A stretch of 64,000 nucleotides of DNA, from contig JAXGPA010000007.1 of NCBI GenBank assembly GCA_040767195.1, positions 52,764-116,763 of the forward strand, given 5' to 3'. This document shows, piece after piece, positions 49,628 through 59,398 of this stretch (the stretch's first letter is position 1; every line of letters starts with the position of its first letter). The notes under the pieces were generated by a model. The model had not been told where the DNA came from, did no database searches, and worked only from the letters and a program-made list of their open reading frames with translations. The translations under genes were made by a program, and so were the position numbers. This stretch comes from Syntrophales bacterium (GTDB lineage Bacteria; Desulfobacterota; Syntrophia; Syntrophales; UBA6807).

Positions 49628-50311
49628 ATGTTTGACAACGAAGCCCTTCTGACCCAGCCCGTTTTTTATCTCTTCGTCGCTTTCAGCGCCCTCATCACCC
49701 TCGGTTTTTTCTGGGGGCGGAAAATGAACCGGCGGATTTTCAACGACGCCTTTCAGGATCTCGTGGACACGGTGAAGCCGGACGACCAGACCTTCACGGC
49801 TATCGGCGGGGTCGTGGGGTATCACGCCAACCTGCTCGTCGGCGGGAAAGGCCCCGTGTCCCGGGTGGACGGGACGATCACCCTCCTGCCCCGGCAGTCG
49901 TGGCTTTACATGCCCATTTCCAAGATCATCATGCGCCACGACCGCCTCTTCATCACCGTTTACCTGAGATCGGACATCCCCGGGGAGGGGCACCTCATCG
50001 AGAAGAGATACGCCGCTTTCCGGGGACCGAAGATCACCAACGCGGCAAAACTGGAAAAAGAAGCCCTGCGCTGGGGAAAACTGGATTTTTATCTCTACTA
50101 TGATAATCTGAAGATACGGGAAAGGTTTCTCGGCCATGTTTCGGACCACCCGGACCCCGGAACGGTCCGCCACATCGCCCTTATCCCGGGGGAGCGGAAG
50201 GGGTTTGTCTTCATGATTCCCAAAAGAGGCCGGGTAGGAGCGATGTTCCGTCCCGTTTACGAAATGATGGCGTCTTTGGCGGCCAGCCAGAAGAAAGGGA
50301 AACGTTCATGA
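49628..50311 (+). CDS. Single-TM membrane-anchored hypothetical protein (possible CCDC47/DUF1682-like fold)
   Basis: N-terminal TM followed by GRKMNRRI; ITLLPRQSWL...DRLFITV core; starts 2 nt after the ATPase stop and overlaps the next gene (ATGA). The fold call is tentative. Confidence 0.7.
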   Translation: MFDNEALLTQPVFYLFVAFSALITLGFFWGRKMNRRIFNDAFQDLVDTVKPDDQTFTAIGGVVGYHANLLVGGKGPVSRVDGTITLLPRQSWLYMPISKIIMRHDRLFITVYLRSDIPGEGHLIEKRYAAFRGPKITNAAKLEKEALRWGKLDFYLYYDNLKIRERFLGHVSDHPDPGTVRHIALIPGERKGFVFMIPKRGRVGAMFRPVYEMMASLAASQKKGKRS

Positions 50312-51225
50312 ATATCGCGATCTTTGGAATCGGCGGCGTGGGGGGGTATTACGGGGGTCTCCTGGCCCGCCGCTACGAAGGCGGGGAAACGCACCGGGTT
50401 TCCTTCGTGGCCCGGGGGGAACACCTTCGGATGATTCGGGAAAAGGGCCTGAAGGTGATCACCCAGGAAGGCGAATTCGTCGCCAGGCCGGTTGTGGCGA
50501 CGGACAGGCCGGAAAAGATCGGCCCTCTCGACCTCGTTCTCGTCACCGTCAAGGGATACGATCTCGACAGCGCCGCCCGGGCCCTCGCGGGCGTAACGGG
50601 AAAAGACACCGTCGTCATTCCCCTTCAGAACGGCGTGGATAACGCGGAACGCTTGAGGACCAGCGTGCCCGGGGGCCGGGTTATGAACGGGACGGTTTAC
50701 ATCTCGAGCCGCATCGTCGAGCCGGGGGTGGTCCAGCAACTCGGCGGGGCCTGCAGCCTTTTTTTCGGACCCGAGGAAGGAGACGTGGCGCCTTACCGGG
50801 AAATCGAGAGCCTCCTCCGGGACGCCGGGATCAAGGCCACTCTCTCCGGGGAAATCAGCAAGGAAGTGTGGAAAAAATTTCTCTTCATTTCGCCCGTGGC
50901 GGGCGCGACGGCCCTTTTCGACAAGCCCCTGGGGGGCGTGCTGGAAGACGGGGAGGCGTCCCGCCTTCTCGAGGGCATGATGACCGAGGTGGACCGGGTG
51001 GCCCGCGCAAAAGGGATCGACCTGCCCGGGGACGCCGTTTTGCAGGCCATGGAGACGGTGGCCCGGTTCCCCTACGAAACCAAAACGTCCTTCCAGGTGG
51101 ACGTGGAAAAGGGCAGGCGAACGGAAATCGAGACACTCATCGGGTACGTCATCCGAGCCGGCGAGTCCCTGGGGATCGACACACCCTTCAATCTCCGGGT
51201 GTACCAGGCTCTTTTGAAAAAATAG
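50308..51225 (+). CDS. Ketopantoate reductase (PanE/ApbA) family protein
   Basis: GIGGVGGYYG, VKGYD, PLQNG, WKKF and SFQVD..GRRTE motifs. Confidence 0.9.
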   Translation: MNIAIFGIGGVGGYYGGLLARRYEGGETHRVSFVARGEHLRMIREKGLKVITQEGEFVARPVVATDRPEKIGPLDLVLVTVKGYDLDSAARALAGVTGKDTVVIPLQNGVDNAERLRTSVPGGRVMNGTVYISSRIVEPGVVQQLGGACSLFFGPEEGDVAPYREIESLLRDAGIKATLSGEISKEVWKKFLFISPVAGATALFDKPLGGVLEDGEASRLLEGMMTEVDRVARAKGIDLPGDAVLQAMETVARFPYETKTSFQVDVEKGRRTEIETLIGYVIRAGESLGIDTPFNLRVYQALLKK

Positions 51226-51234
51226 AGGTGCCTC

Positions 51235-52227
51235 ATGGGGAAAGCGAAGGTTTTCGTGACACGGGTCATTCCCGAGGCCGGTCTCGGGAAAATCAGGGAA
51301 GCCTGCGATGCCCGGATCTGGGAGGGGCGCTTCCCCCCTCCCAGGGAGGTGCTTCTGGAGCAGGTTCGGGGAATGGACGGGATCCTGTCTCTCCTCAACG
51401 ACCGGATGGACGGCGCCGTCATGGACGCGGCAGGGGAACGCCTCAAAATCATAAGCAACTACGCCGTGGGATTCGACAACATCGATGTTCCCGCCGCGAC
51501 ATCCCGGGGGATCCTCGTGGGAAACACCCCGGGGGCCGTGACGGAGACCACGGCGGACCTGGCTTTCGCCCTCATCATGGCGGCGGCCCGGCGTCTCATG
51601 GAAGGCGTGGATTTCATCCGCGCAGGCCGATGGGAAACCTTTGAACCCCTTGTCCTTCTTGGGAGGGATGTCCACGGGGCCACCCTGGGGATCATCGGCA
51701 TGGGCAGGATCGGCCAGGCCGTCGCCCGAAGGGCCCGGGGCTTCGACATGGACATTATCTATTACCATCCCCGGGGCGAAACGGAAGCGGGCAGGGAAGC
51801 CGGCGCGACATGGTGCGGGTCGCTGGACGAGCTCCTCCAGCGGTCCGATTTCGTCAGCCTCCACGTGCCTCTCAACGATGAGACGAGGCACCTCATAGAC
51901 GAAGGGGCCCTTAAAAAAATGAAGCCGTCGGCTATCCTGGTCAACACGGCCCGAGGCGCCGTTGTGGACCCCGACGCTCTTTACCAGGCCCTCCGGGAGG
52001 GTGTCATCGCTTACGCCGCCCTGGACGTGACCGATCCTGAGCCCCTGCCGAAAGATCACAAGCTCATGGGGCTTCCCAACTGCCTCGTGGTGCCCCACGT
52101 GGGTAGCGCCTCCGTGGCGACCCGGGAGAGAATGGCCGTCATGGCGGCGGAAAACCTGATCGCCGCCGTTTACGGGGACATTCCCAGGTATGTCGTCAAT
52201 TCCGAGGTTTTGTCCCGCCGGCGGTAA
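51235..52227 (+). CDS. D-2-hydroxyacid dehydrogenase (glyoxylate/hydroxypyruvate reductase, GyaR-like)
   Basis: AVGFDNID, GMGRIG, NTARG, DVTDPEP and PHVGSA motifs. Confidence 0.92.
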   Translation: MGKAKVFVTRVIPEAGLGKIREACDARIWEGRFPPPREVLLEQVRGMDGILSLLNDRMDGAVMDAAGERLKIISNYAVGFDNIDVPAATSRGILVGNTPGAVTETTADLAFALIMAAARRLMEGVDFIRAGRWETFEPLVLLGRDVHGATLGIIGMGRIGQAVARRARGFDMDIIYYHPRGETEAGREAGATWCGSLDELLQRSDFVSLHVPLNDETRHLIDEGALKKMKPSAILVNTARGAVVDPDALYQALREGVIAYAALDVTDPEPLPKDHKLMGLPNCLVVPHVGSASVATRERMAVMAAENLIAAVYGDIPRYVVNSEVLSRRR

Positions 52228-52266
52228 CGGGAGCGTTAAAATCGTTTTTTACGAAAGGAGTCGGCT

Positions 52267-53379
52267 ATGGTGAAGCCGTATGAAGACCTGAATCCCCCCA
52301 GAAGGATCCTCATGGGGCCGGGACCGAGCGATGTGCCCGAAAGGGTCACGGCGGCCCTGGCGAGTCCCGTAGTGGGTCATCTCGACCCCGTCTTTCTTGC
52401 CATCATGGAAGAGGTTCAGGAGATGCTCCGGGCCGTCATGAGAACGAAAAACCGGTTCACCCTTCCCGTGTCCGGAACGGGAAGCGCCGGGATGGAAGCG
52501 GCCCTGGTGAACCTCCTGGAGCGGGGTGACAGGATCCTCGTGTGCGTGAACGGGGTTTTCGGGGAACGGATGTGCGACATCGCCGGGCGGTGCGGCGCGG
52601 AACTGAAACGGGTCGATGCCCCGTGGGGCACCCCCATAGACCCGGAGGCCGTTCGTCAGGCTCTCGCCGATTTCCCGGCGAAGCTCGTGGCCGTCGTCCA
52701 TGCGGAAACGTCAACGGGGGTTCTCCAGCCCCTGGAGGAACTGGCGAAGATATCCCGTGAAAAGGACGCCCTTTTTCTCGTGGATGCCGTGACGTCCCTC
52801 GCCGGCGCCCCCCTGGAAATCGATGCCTGGGGTATCGACGTCTGTTACTCGGGAACGCAGAAGTGCTTGAGCTGCCCGCCCGGCCTCGCTCCCATCACCT
52901 TCGGGCCGAGGGCCATGGAGGTCCTTGAAAAAAGAAAAACGAAGGTCCCCTCATGGTATCTTGACATGACCATGATCCTCAAATACTGGGGCCCGGACCG
53001 GGTGTACCACCACACGGCGCCCATCAGCATGACCTACGCCCTCCGGGAGGCCCTCCGCCTCGTTCTCGAGGAGGGGCTTGAGAGGCGCTGGGAAAGGCAC
53101 CAGGCCGTGCACCGCGTCCTTGTGGGCGGGCTTGAAAAGGCAGGGTTGAAAATGCTCGTGGCGGCACCGTACAGGGCGCCCATGATCAACACCGTGGTCC
53201 TTCCCGGGGGCGTGGATGACGCCGCCGTCCGCCGGAAACTCCTGGACGGGTACGGCATTGAAATCGGCGGCGGCCTGGGAGCCCTGAAAGGAAAGGTGTG
53301 GCGGATCGGCATCATGGGAGCGTCCTGCAGGGAAGATCATGTTGACACGCTTCTCTCCGCCTTGTCGGAACTTCTGTGA
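52267..53379 (+). CDS. Alanine-glyoxylate/serine-pyruvate aminotransferase (class V PLP)
   Basis: LMGPGPS, GTGSAGME, HAETSTG, SGTQKCLSCPPG and YHHTAP motifs. Confidence 0.93.
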   Translation: MVKPYEDLNPPRRILMGPGPSDVPERVTAALASPVVGHLDPVFLAIMEEVQEMLRAVMRTKNRFTLPVSGTGSAGMEAALVNLLERGDRILVCVNGVFGERMCDIAGRCGAELKRVDAPWGTPIDPEAVRQALADFPAKLVAVVHAETSTGVLQPLEELAKISREKDALFLVDAVTSLAGAPLEIDAWGIDVCYSGTQKCLSCPPGLAPITFGPRAMEVLEKRKTKVPSWYLDMTMILKYWGPDRVYHHTAPISMTYALREALRLVLEEGLERRWERHQAVHRVLVGGLEKAGLKMLVAAPYRAPMINTVVLPGGVDDAAVRRKLLDGYGIEIGGGLGALKGKVWRIGIMGASCREDHVDTLLSALSELL

Positions 53380-53431
53380 TGACCTTCTTAAAGTCGACAC
53401 GAGCGGAATTTCATGAAAGGAGGAAGCCGTA

Positions 53432-54529
53432 ATGAATCTGCTTTCCCTTGATGAAATCAAGGCATTGTCGGAAATTGAGGGCGGACTGTCCGTTTCCTTT
53501 TTCATGCCCACCCATCGCATGGGATCGGAAACGCAGCAGAACCAGATCCGGTTCAAGAACCTTTTGAAAAAGGCGGAGGAGGAACTGGTCCGCAACGGAA
53601 TGCGAAGTGCCGACACGAGGGACTTTCTAAAACCGGCACAGGATCTTCTCAACGATCTCCCCTTCTGGCGGAACCAAAGAGACGGGCTTTCGGCGTTTCT
53701 TTCCCCGGGATACTGGGGGTACTTCAGGCTCCCCGTAGACTTCAGCGAACTTCTCGTCGTTTCCGACCGTTTCCACCTGAAGCCCCTGGTGCCCATGCTG
53801 AGCGGGAACGTGCGTTTCTATATTCTGGCGCTCAGCCTGAATCATATACGGGTCATCGCCTGCACCCGTTTCAGCGCGTCATCCGTGGAGATTGCAGACC
53901 TTCCCGAGAACATGCAGGCGGCTCTCAACCTCGACGATTTCCAGAAACGCCTCCAGCGCCACGTGGGGACGGAAGACATGAAAAGCAAGATACTGCTCTA
54001 TTTTCAGGAGGTGGACCGGGCGCTCCGCCCCTTTTTCCGGGACAGGAAGGAACCCCTGCTTTTCGCGGGGGTGGACTATCTCTTCCCCCTCTACCGGGAA
54101 GCCAACACGTATGCCCACCTGTATCCCCAGGCCCTCACGGGAAACCCCGAGGAATTGAGCGAGGAGGAACTGCTCGAAGATGCCTGGCCCGTCGTGGAGC
54201 CCTTTTTTGAGAAAGAGCGGGTCAAGGTCCTGGAACAGTTTTACGATTTTTACGGAACGGGCCGGGCATCCTCCGACCTGGAGGACGTGGTCAAGGCAGC
54301 CGCCCATGCCCGGGTCGCCGCCCTGTTCGTCGCCCTGGGCGTTCAGAAGTGGGGCTATTACGATTCCGAAAAGGACCGGGTGGTCATGAGCCGCGAAGCG
54401 CGGTCGGGAACCCGCGATCTCCTTGACTTCGCCACGATTGAAACGCTGGCGAACGGTGGGGTCGTTTACGCCGTCTCCCCGCCGGAGGTGCCGGAAAAGG
54501 CTCCCCTGGCGGCTGTTTTTCGTTATTGA
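53432..54529 (+). CDS. Bacterial archaeo-eukaryotic release factor (baeRF3/7)-like protein
   Basis: VSFFMPTHR, IRFKNLL, RFHLKPL, FYILALS, PLLFAG, GNPE motifs; C-terminal AAVFRY. Confidence 0.8.
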   Translation: MNLLSLDEIKALSEIEGGLSVSFFMPTHRMGSETQQNQIRFKNLLKKAEEELVRNGMRSADTRDFLKPAQDLLNDLPFWRNQRDGLSAFLSPGYWGYFRLPVDFSELLVVSDRFHLKPLVPMLSGNVRFYILALSLNHIRVIACTRFSASSVEIADLPENMQAALNLDDFQKRLQRHVGTEDMKSKILLYFQEVDRALRPFFRDRKEPLLFAGVDYLFPLYREANTYAHLYPQALTGNPEELSEEELLEDAWPVVEPFFEKERVKVLEQFYDFYGTGRASSDLEDVVKAAAHARVAALFVALGVQKWGYYDSEKDRVVMSREARSGTRDLLDFATIETLANGGVVYAVSPPEVPEKAPLAAVFRY

Positions 54530-54620
54530 GGGAAAAAGATCAAAGACAGCGACGAGATTTGAAACAGGGGTGCGGGAGAAACGGGACCCGTTTTGACGGC
54601 CCCCTGTTCGGAGGAGATGC

Positions 54621-55832
54621 ATGGCCATAAAGGAGAACCTTTTCAGCAAATCGAACGAAGCCCTGCTCCGGCGTCTTATCCCCGATTATGAAAGAACGGA
54701 CGATCATCATATCCGTATTCGTTACGGGGTTGTCGCCGGCTGGATATCCATTTTCTTTACCCTGGCGCTTTTTTTAGTCAAGGCCGTCCTGGCCTGGCTT
54801 GCCGGTTCCATCTCCATCCTGGCCGACGCCTTTCACCTTCTTTCCCACCTGGCCAACTCGGTCGTCCTCGTTTTCAGTTTCTGGATGGCCTCCCGGCCCG
54901 CCACGGCGGAGACCCCTTTCGGCCATGGCCGTATGGAGCACGTGGCGCCTCTCATCATGTCCATTTTTCTCTTCGTTTCGGGGATCCAGATCGCTGAAAA
55001 ATCATTCCACCAGGCCCTTCATCCCGGTGCCGTTCACTACTGGCCGCTTCTTCCCTGGATCCTCTTTCTCACCATCCTGGTCAAACAGTGGCTCGCCCAG
55101 TTCGTCCGGTACCTGGGCGGCCGGGTCCACTCCCACGCCATCCTGACGAACGCCTTTCATCACCGGATCGAAGCCGTCGTGACGGTCACGGTCATCGTGG
55201 GTCTCGTGGCGGGTCATCACTTCGAAAGACCCGAGTTTGACGGGTACATCGGCGTCCTGGCGGCCCTCTGGATCCTCTATCTCGGCTATCAGCACGGCCG
55301 GGAGGCCATCGTGCCCATCCTGGGCAAGGCGCCGACACGGGAACTCATCGAGTCCATCCGGGAGACGGCCCGCTCGGTGGATCATGTCGAGGATGTCCAC
55401 GAGATCATCGTCCACGATTACGGCAACATGTACATCATGACCCTCCACGTGGAGGTTCCGGAGAAGCTGGGCTGCGACAGCATGCACGGAATCGCTGAAA
55501 AGTGCGAGGCCCGGTTGAGAAAGCGGTTCGGCGGGGAAGTGGTCTGCCACACCGACCCGCTCATGGAACTGACCCCGGAACTGCGGGTCCTGGAGCACCG
55601 GTTCCGGGAGGTGGTGGACAAGATGCCGGAAGTCTTTTCTTATCACGACTTCCGCCTGATCGCCTCGTCTCCGGGCCGCTACATCATTGTCGCCGACATC
55701 GACGCTGCCGAGGAGGTCCCCGAAAGGCGATTCACCGAAATAACCGGGGAACTGGAGAGGCGGGTCCTCGCAGCTCTGCCCGAGGTGGATTACTGCAGTT
55801 TTTACGTGACGCCGAAGTTCGCCTATTCGTAA
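54621..55832 (+). CDS. Cation diffusion facilitator transporter with duplicated C-terminal domain
   Basis: SISILADAFH, PFGHGRME and VHEIIVHDYG motifs, plus a second YHDFRL domain. Confidence 0.9.
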   Translation: MAIKENLFSKSNEALLRRLIPDYERTDDHHIRIRYGVVAGWISIFFTLALFLVKAVLAWLAGSISILADAFHLLSHLANSVVLVFSFWMASRPATAETPFGHGRMEHVAPLIMSIFLFVSGIQIAEKSFHQALHPGAVHYWPLLPWILFLTILVKQWLAQFVRYLGGRVHSHAILTNAFHHRIEAVVTVTVIVGLVAGHHFERPEFDGYIGVLAALWILYLGYQHGREAIVPILGKAPTRELIESIRETARSVDHVEDVHEIIVHDYGNMYIMTLHVEVPEKLGCDSMHGIAEKCEARLRKRFGGEVVCHTDPLMELTPELRVLEHRFREVVDKMPEVFSYHDFRLIASSPGRYIIVADIDAAEEVPERRFTEITGELERRVLAALPEVDYCSFYVTPKFAYS

Positions 55833-56042
55833 AAGAGGGGAACTTTCCCCGGCTTTTTTTCACGGAATCGCCATCTCGAACCCTCTGAAGCGGGGCGGTC
55901 CTCTTTCAGTGAGACTCCGGGGACCATCCCGTTCATTCTGTCTGCGTCGCCGTTTTCGTGGAGAAAATAAAAATGATTGATTAAAAGACCCGTTTCCGGT
56001 AGAGGGAAACCCGTCTTCAGGAAAAAAACAGGAGTGTTTTCC

Positions 56043-57011
56043 ATGTCCGACATCCAGGAAATTTCCCTTGAATCTCTGAACCCGGAAGAATTCATCGCTG
56101 AAAAACTTCAAGACATCGCCCGGGCGGTTGGTACCGGAACGGCCATCAACGCCCTGTCCGGCGGCGTCGATTCGTCCGTCGTCACCCTCCTGGGCCACCG
56201 GGCGCTCGGTGACCGGCTCCTGTCCTGCTTCATCGACACGGGCCTCATGCGCCAGGACGAACCCGAGACGATCCGTGACTGGTTTGGGGATCTCGGGGTC
56301 CCCGTAACGATTGTCGACGCAAAGGATGCCTTTTTCAGCGCCCTCAAGGGGCTCACCGACCCGGAGGAGAAGAGGGAGGCCATCACCGATACGTTCTACA
56401 AGAAGGTCTTTGGAGAGCTTGTCCGGAAAAGCGGTGCCCGGTTTCTTCTCCAGGGGACCAATTACACCGACGTGGAAGAAACGGTCGCCGGGATCAAGCG
56501 GCAGCACAACATCCTGGAACAGCTCGGCATCGACACGGAGGCCCGGTATGGCTACCGGGTGCTTGAACCGGTGATCGAACTCCGGAAGAGGGGTATCCGC
56601 CGTGTCGGCGAAGCCCTGGGTCTTCCCAGGGAAATGTACGACCGTCCGCCCTTTCCCGGTCCCGCCCTGGCGGCCCGGGTCATCGGGGAAGTCACCCCGA
56701 AGCGGGTCGCCGTGGTCCGGAAAGCCACGGCGATCGTGGAGGAGATGCTGAAAGACACCGGCGCTTTCCAGTACCTGGCCATCCTTCACGAAGACCGGGT
56801 CACGGGCATGCGCGCGGGCCGGCGGGATTTCGGGCTCCAGGTGGAAGTGCGTTGCTGGGACAGCACCGATGCCATCACGGGCGTGCCGACGCGGCTTTCA
56901 TTCGAAACCCTCGAAGGCCTGGCCGACCGGATCACAACGGAAGTGGAGGGCGTCGTGAGCGTCACGTACAACATCACCAGGAAACCACCGTCCACGATCG
57001 AGGCCATATGA
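56043..57011 (+). CDS. GMP synthase ATP-pyrophosphatase subunit only (archaeal GuaA-B-like)
   Basis: From ATG 56043 (AGGAG RBS): ALSGGVDSSV, DTGLMR, DPEEKR, QGT..D, PFPGPAL and KPPSTIE motifs; no glutamine amidotransferase domain. Confidence 0.85.
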   Translation: MSDIQEISLESLNPEEFIAEKLQDIARAVGTGTAINALSGGVDSSVVTLLGHRALGDRLLSCFIDTGLMRQDEPETIRDWFGDLGVPVTIVDAKDAFFSALKGLTDPEEKREAITDTFYKKVFGELVRKSGARFLLQGTNYTDVEETVAGIKRQHNILEQLGIDTEARYGYRVLEPVIELRKRGIRRVGEALGLPREMYDRPPFPGPALAARVIGEVTPKRVAVVRKATAIVEEMLKDTGAFQYLAILHEDRVTGMRAGRRDFGLQVEVRCWDSTDAITGVPTRLSFETLEGLADRITTEVEGVVSVTYNITRKPPSTIEAI

Positions 57012-57246
57012 AAAAGCGGAGGGGGACAAAAGCGGGTCCCCCCCGTCAGCCGTTTAGCATGGGGTAAAAGGCATGTTTTGGAGAGGAGGGAACAACCGGT
57101 TGGCCTGACACGGAAGAGCCGCGGCCCGGGGTGGGCTCGGCGGCCGTTCAGGAAAACCCGTCGGCGAAGGCCCCGGGGTTCTGCGCAACCCGCCTTACGT
57201 CATTTTTTGAGTTTCTTCCCAACAAAACAACGGAGGTAGACGCACC

Positions 57247-57831
57247 ATGGAAAACGGAACAGTCAGAATTCAGGACACCACGTCAAATCCCGCGCCGCTC
57301 GGGCTCATGGGATTCGGCATGACGACGGTGCTCCTGAACATTCACAACGCGGGATTCTTTCCCCTCGATTCCATGATTCTCGCCATGGGAATCTTTTACG
57401 GCGGCGTGGCCCAGGTCATCGCCGGCATCATGGAGTGGAAGAAGAACAACACCTTCGGGACCACGGCCTTCACGTCCTACGGCCTTTTCTGGCTCACCCT
57501 CGTCGGCCTTCTCCTCATGGCCAAGGGAGGGTGGTGGCAGGGACCGACGGCCGGTGCCATGTCCGCATATCTTTTCATGTGGGGTCTTTTCACTTTCTTC
57601 ATGTTCATCGGGACCCTTCGCCTCAACCGGGCTCTCCAGTTCGTCTTCGCGACGCTGACTATCCTGTTCTGGCTTCTCGCCTGGGGCGACTACACGGGCA
57701 GCGCAGCGATCAAGCACTTCGCGGGATACGAAGGGATCGTCTGCGGCTTTTCGGCCATTTACACGGCCATGGCCCAGGTCCTGAACGAAGTTTACGGCAA
57801 GACGGTTCTGCCCATCGGCCCGGTGTCTTAA
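57247..57831 (+). CDS. satP: Acetate uptake transporter SatP (GPR1/FUN34/YaaH family)
   Basis: [14 protein letters not shown] signature; [15 protein letters not shown]. Confidence 0.93.
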   Translation: MENGTVRIQDTTSNPAPLGLMGFGMTTVLLNIHNAGFFPLDSMILAMGIFYGGVAQVIAGIMEWKKNNTFGTTAFTSYGLFWLTLVGLLLMAKGGWWQGPTAGAMSAYLFMWGLFTFFMFIGTLRLNRALQFVFATLTILFWLLAWGDYTGSAAIKHFAGYEGIVCGFSAIYTAMAQVLNEVYGKTVLPIGPVS

Positions 57832-57971
57832 GGACCCTCTTATTTACTTTCTTATCTGAATCGCGTTGCGCAGAACCCTGACGGGATGAACCAGGATGAG
57901 AAAAAGCGGCGGGGTTGTTTTTAACAGACCCCGCCGGGAAACGATAAAACCGGTAGAGGAGGGGCCTGATC

Positions 57972-58475
57972 ATGGATGTCATGGAAGCCATTTTCAACCG
58001 GCGGAGCATTCGTAAATTCATTCCCGAAACCGTGTCCGAGGAAACCGTCGAAACCCTGCTTCGAGCGGCCATGGCCGCACCGTCGGCGGGAAATGAGCAG
58101 CCCTGGCGTTTCGTCGTTATCCGGGATCGCCAGATTTTGAGCAAGGTGCCGTCGTTTCACCCCTATTCACGGATGATCGAAGAGGTTTCCGTGGCCATTC
58201 TCATCTGCGGTGACCTGGAAAAAGAGGTATTCGAGGGGTGCTGGATGCTCGACTGCGCCGCCGCCACGGAAAACCTCCTTCTTGCCGCCTGCGCCAGGGG
58301 GTTGGGAGCGGTCTGGCTTGCCCTTTATCCCTTTGAGGATCGTGTCCGGGGTATGCGAAATCTCCTGGGCCTGCCGGAGCACCTGGTTCCCTTCAACGTG
58401 ATTCCCCTGGGACGCCCGGCGGAGGACAAGGGCCCCGTCGACCGGTATGACCCTTCACGGGTCAGCCACCGATAG
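57972..58475 (+). CDS. Nitroreductase family protein
   Basis: RRSIRKF, APSAGNEQPW and GLGAVW motifs. Confidence 0.92.
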   Translation: MDVMEAIFNRRSIRKFIPETVSEETVETLLRAAMAAPSAGNEQPWRFVVIRDRQILSKVPSFHPYSRMIEEVSVAILICGDLEKEVFEGCWMLDCAAATENLLLAACARGLGAVWLALYPFEDRVRGMRNLLGLPEHLVPFNVIPLGRPAEDKGPVDRYDPSRVSHR

Positions 58476-58480
58476 GCCTT

Positions 58481-58906
58481 ATGAGTCCCGGGAAAAAGCA
58501 AACCGTCACGGAGGTGACGGCGGCGGTGGTCATACGGGACGGCCGGGTTCTCATCGCCAGGCGGCGAAAGGGGGACCGCCAGGGGGGTAAATGGGAGTTT
58601 CCCGGGGGAAAGCGGCTTCCCGGTGAATCGCCGGAAGAGGGACTCCGCCGGGAACTTTACGAAGAGCTGGGCATCCGGTGCCTTGTCGGGCGCCCCTTCG
58701 GGACATGGGAGCACACCTACGATTACGGCGCCATACGGCTTCTCTTTTATCTTGTGTCCGACCTGAAAGGGGATATCCGGCTCAACACCCACGATGAAGC
58801 CCGCTGGGTGTTACCGGGCGAACTTGTCTCTTACGATTTTTCCGAGGCCGACCGGCCGGCGGCCCTGAAAATCGCGAAAGAGATGAGCAAGCCTGTCAGT
58901 GGCTGA
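58481..58906 (+). CDS. MutT/NudG-like Nudix hydrolase
   Basis: WEFPGGK..PGESPEEGLRRELYEELG Nudix box. Confidence 0.9.
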   Translation: MSPGKKQTVTEVTAAVVIRDGRVLIARRRKGDRQGGKWEFPGGKRLPGESPEEGLRRELYEELGIRCLVGRPFGTWEHTYDYGAIRLLFYLVSDLKGDIRLNTHDEARWVLPGELVSYDFSEADRPAALKIAKEMSKPVSG

Positions 58907-58924
58907 TCCCCCCACTGAAAAGAG

Positions 58925-58958
58925 GAAACACCGGGAAACGGAAGCGTCCCGGTGTTTC
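58925..58958. terminator. Bidirectional hairpin between the convergent Nudix and csp genes
   Basis: GAAACACCGGGA-10 nt-TCCCGGTGTTTC. Confidence 0.7.
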
Positions 58959-58964
58959 TCCCAA

Positions 58965-59171
58965 TTATTCCTCGATGATCTGGACGTTCGTCGCCGCCGG
59001 GCCTTTTCGGCCCTCGCCCACATCGAAGCGAACCTTCTGTCCCTCCTTCAGGGTCTTGAAACCCTGGGACTGGATGGCGCTGAAGTGAACAAAAATGTCT
59101 CCACCGTCATCTTTAACGATGAAACCAAACCCCTTCTCCTCGTTGAACCACTTTACTTTTCCCTCTGCCAT
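58965..59171 (-). CDS. Cold-shock protein
   Basis: [18 protein letters not shown]...DIFVHFSAI (RNP1/RNP2); AAGGAG RBS. Confidence 0.95.
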   Translation of the reverse strand: MAEGKVKWFNEEKGFGFIVKDDGGDIFVHFSAIQSQGFKTLKEGQKVRFDVGEGRKGPAATNVQIIEE

Positions 59172-59353
59172 CGATTTCAACGCTCCTTCTTTGCACTTGT
59201 AAAAGTCCGATCCCCGCTCGGGCAGAAAGAAAAAAACCACCATTTCCCGGTAAGAGCGAAAGGTGGCTTTCTTTGCAGCATAAACGGCATAACCTGACTT
59301 TTATTGCTCTCTGCGGACCCTCACGGTATCTTTGCAGAGCCTGGCATGAAGGA

Positions 59354-59382
59354 AGTATAGGCGAGGCCGTCCGGGTAGTCAA
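59354..59382 (-). promoter_or_regulatory. Sigma70 promoter of csp giving a 5'UTR of about 175 nt
   Basis: Minus strand TTGACT-17 nt-TATACT. Confidence 0.65.
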
Positions 59383-59398
59383 GTTTTTTTAAGGTTTT

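Noticed and set aside
53377..53396. Possible further MITE end (TGATGACCTTCTTAAAGTC); similar short matches near 21678 and 25680
   Set aside because: Matches are too short or degenerate to distinguish from chance without a genome-wide profile.
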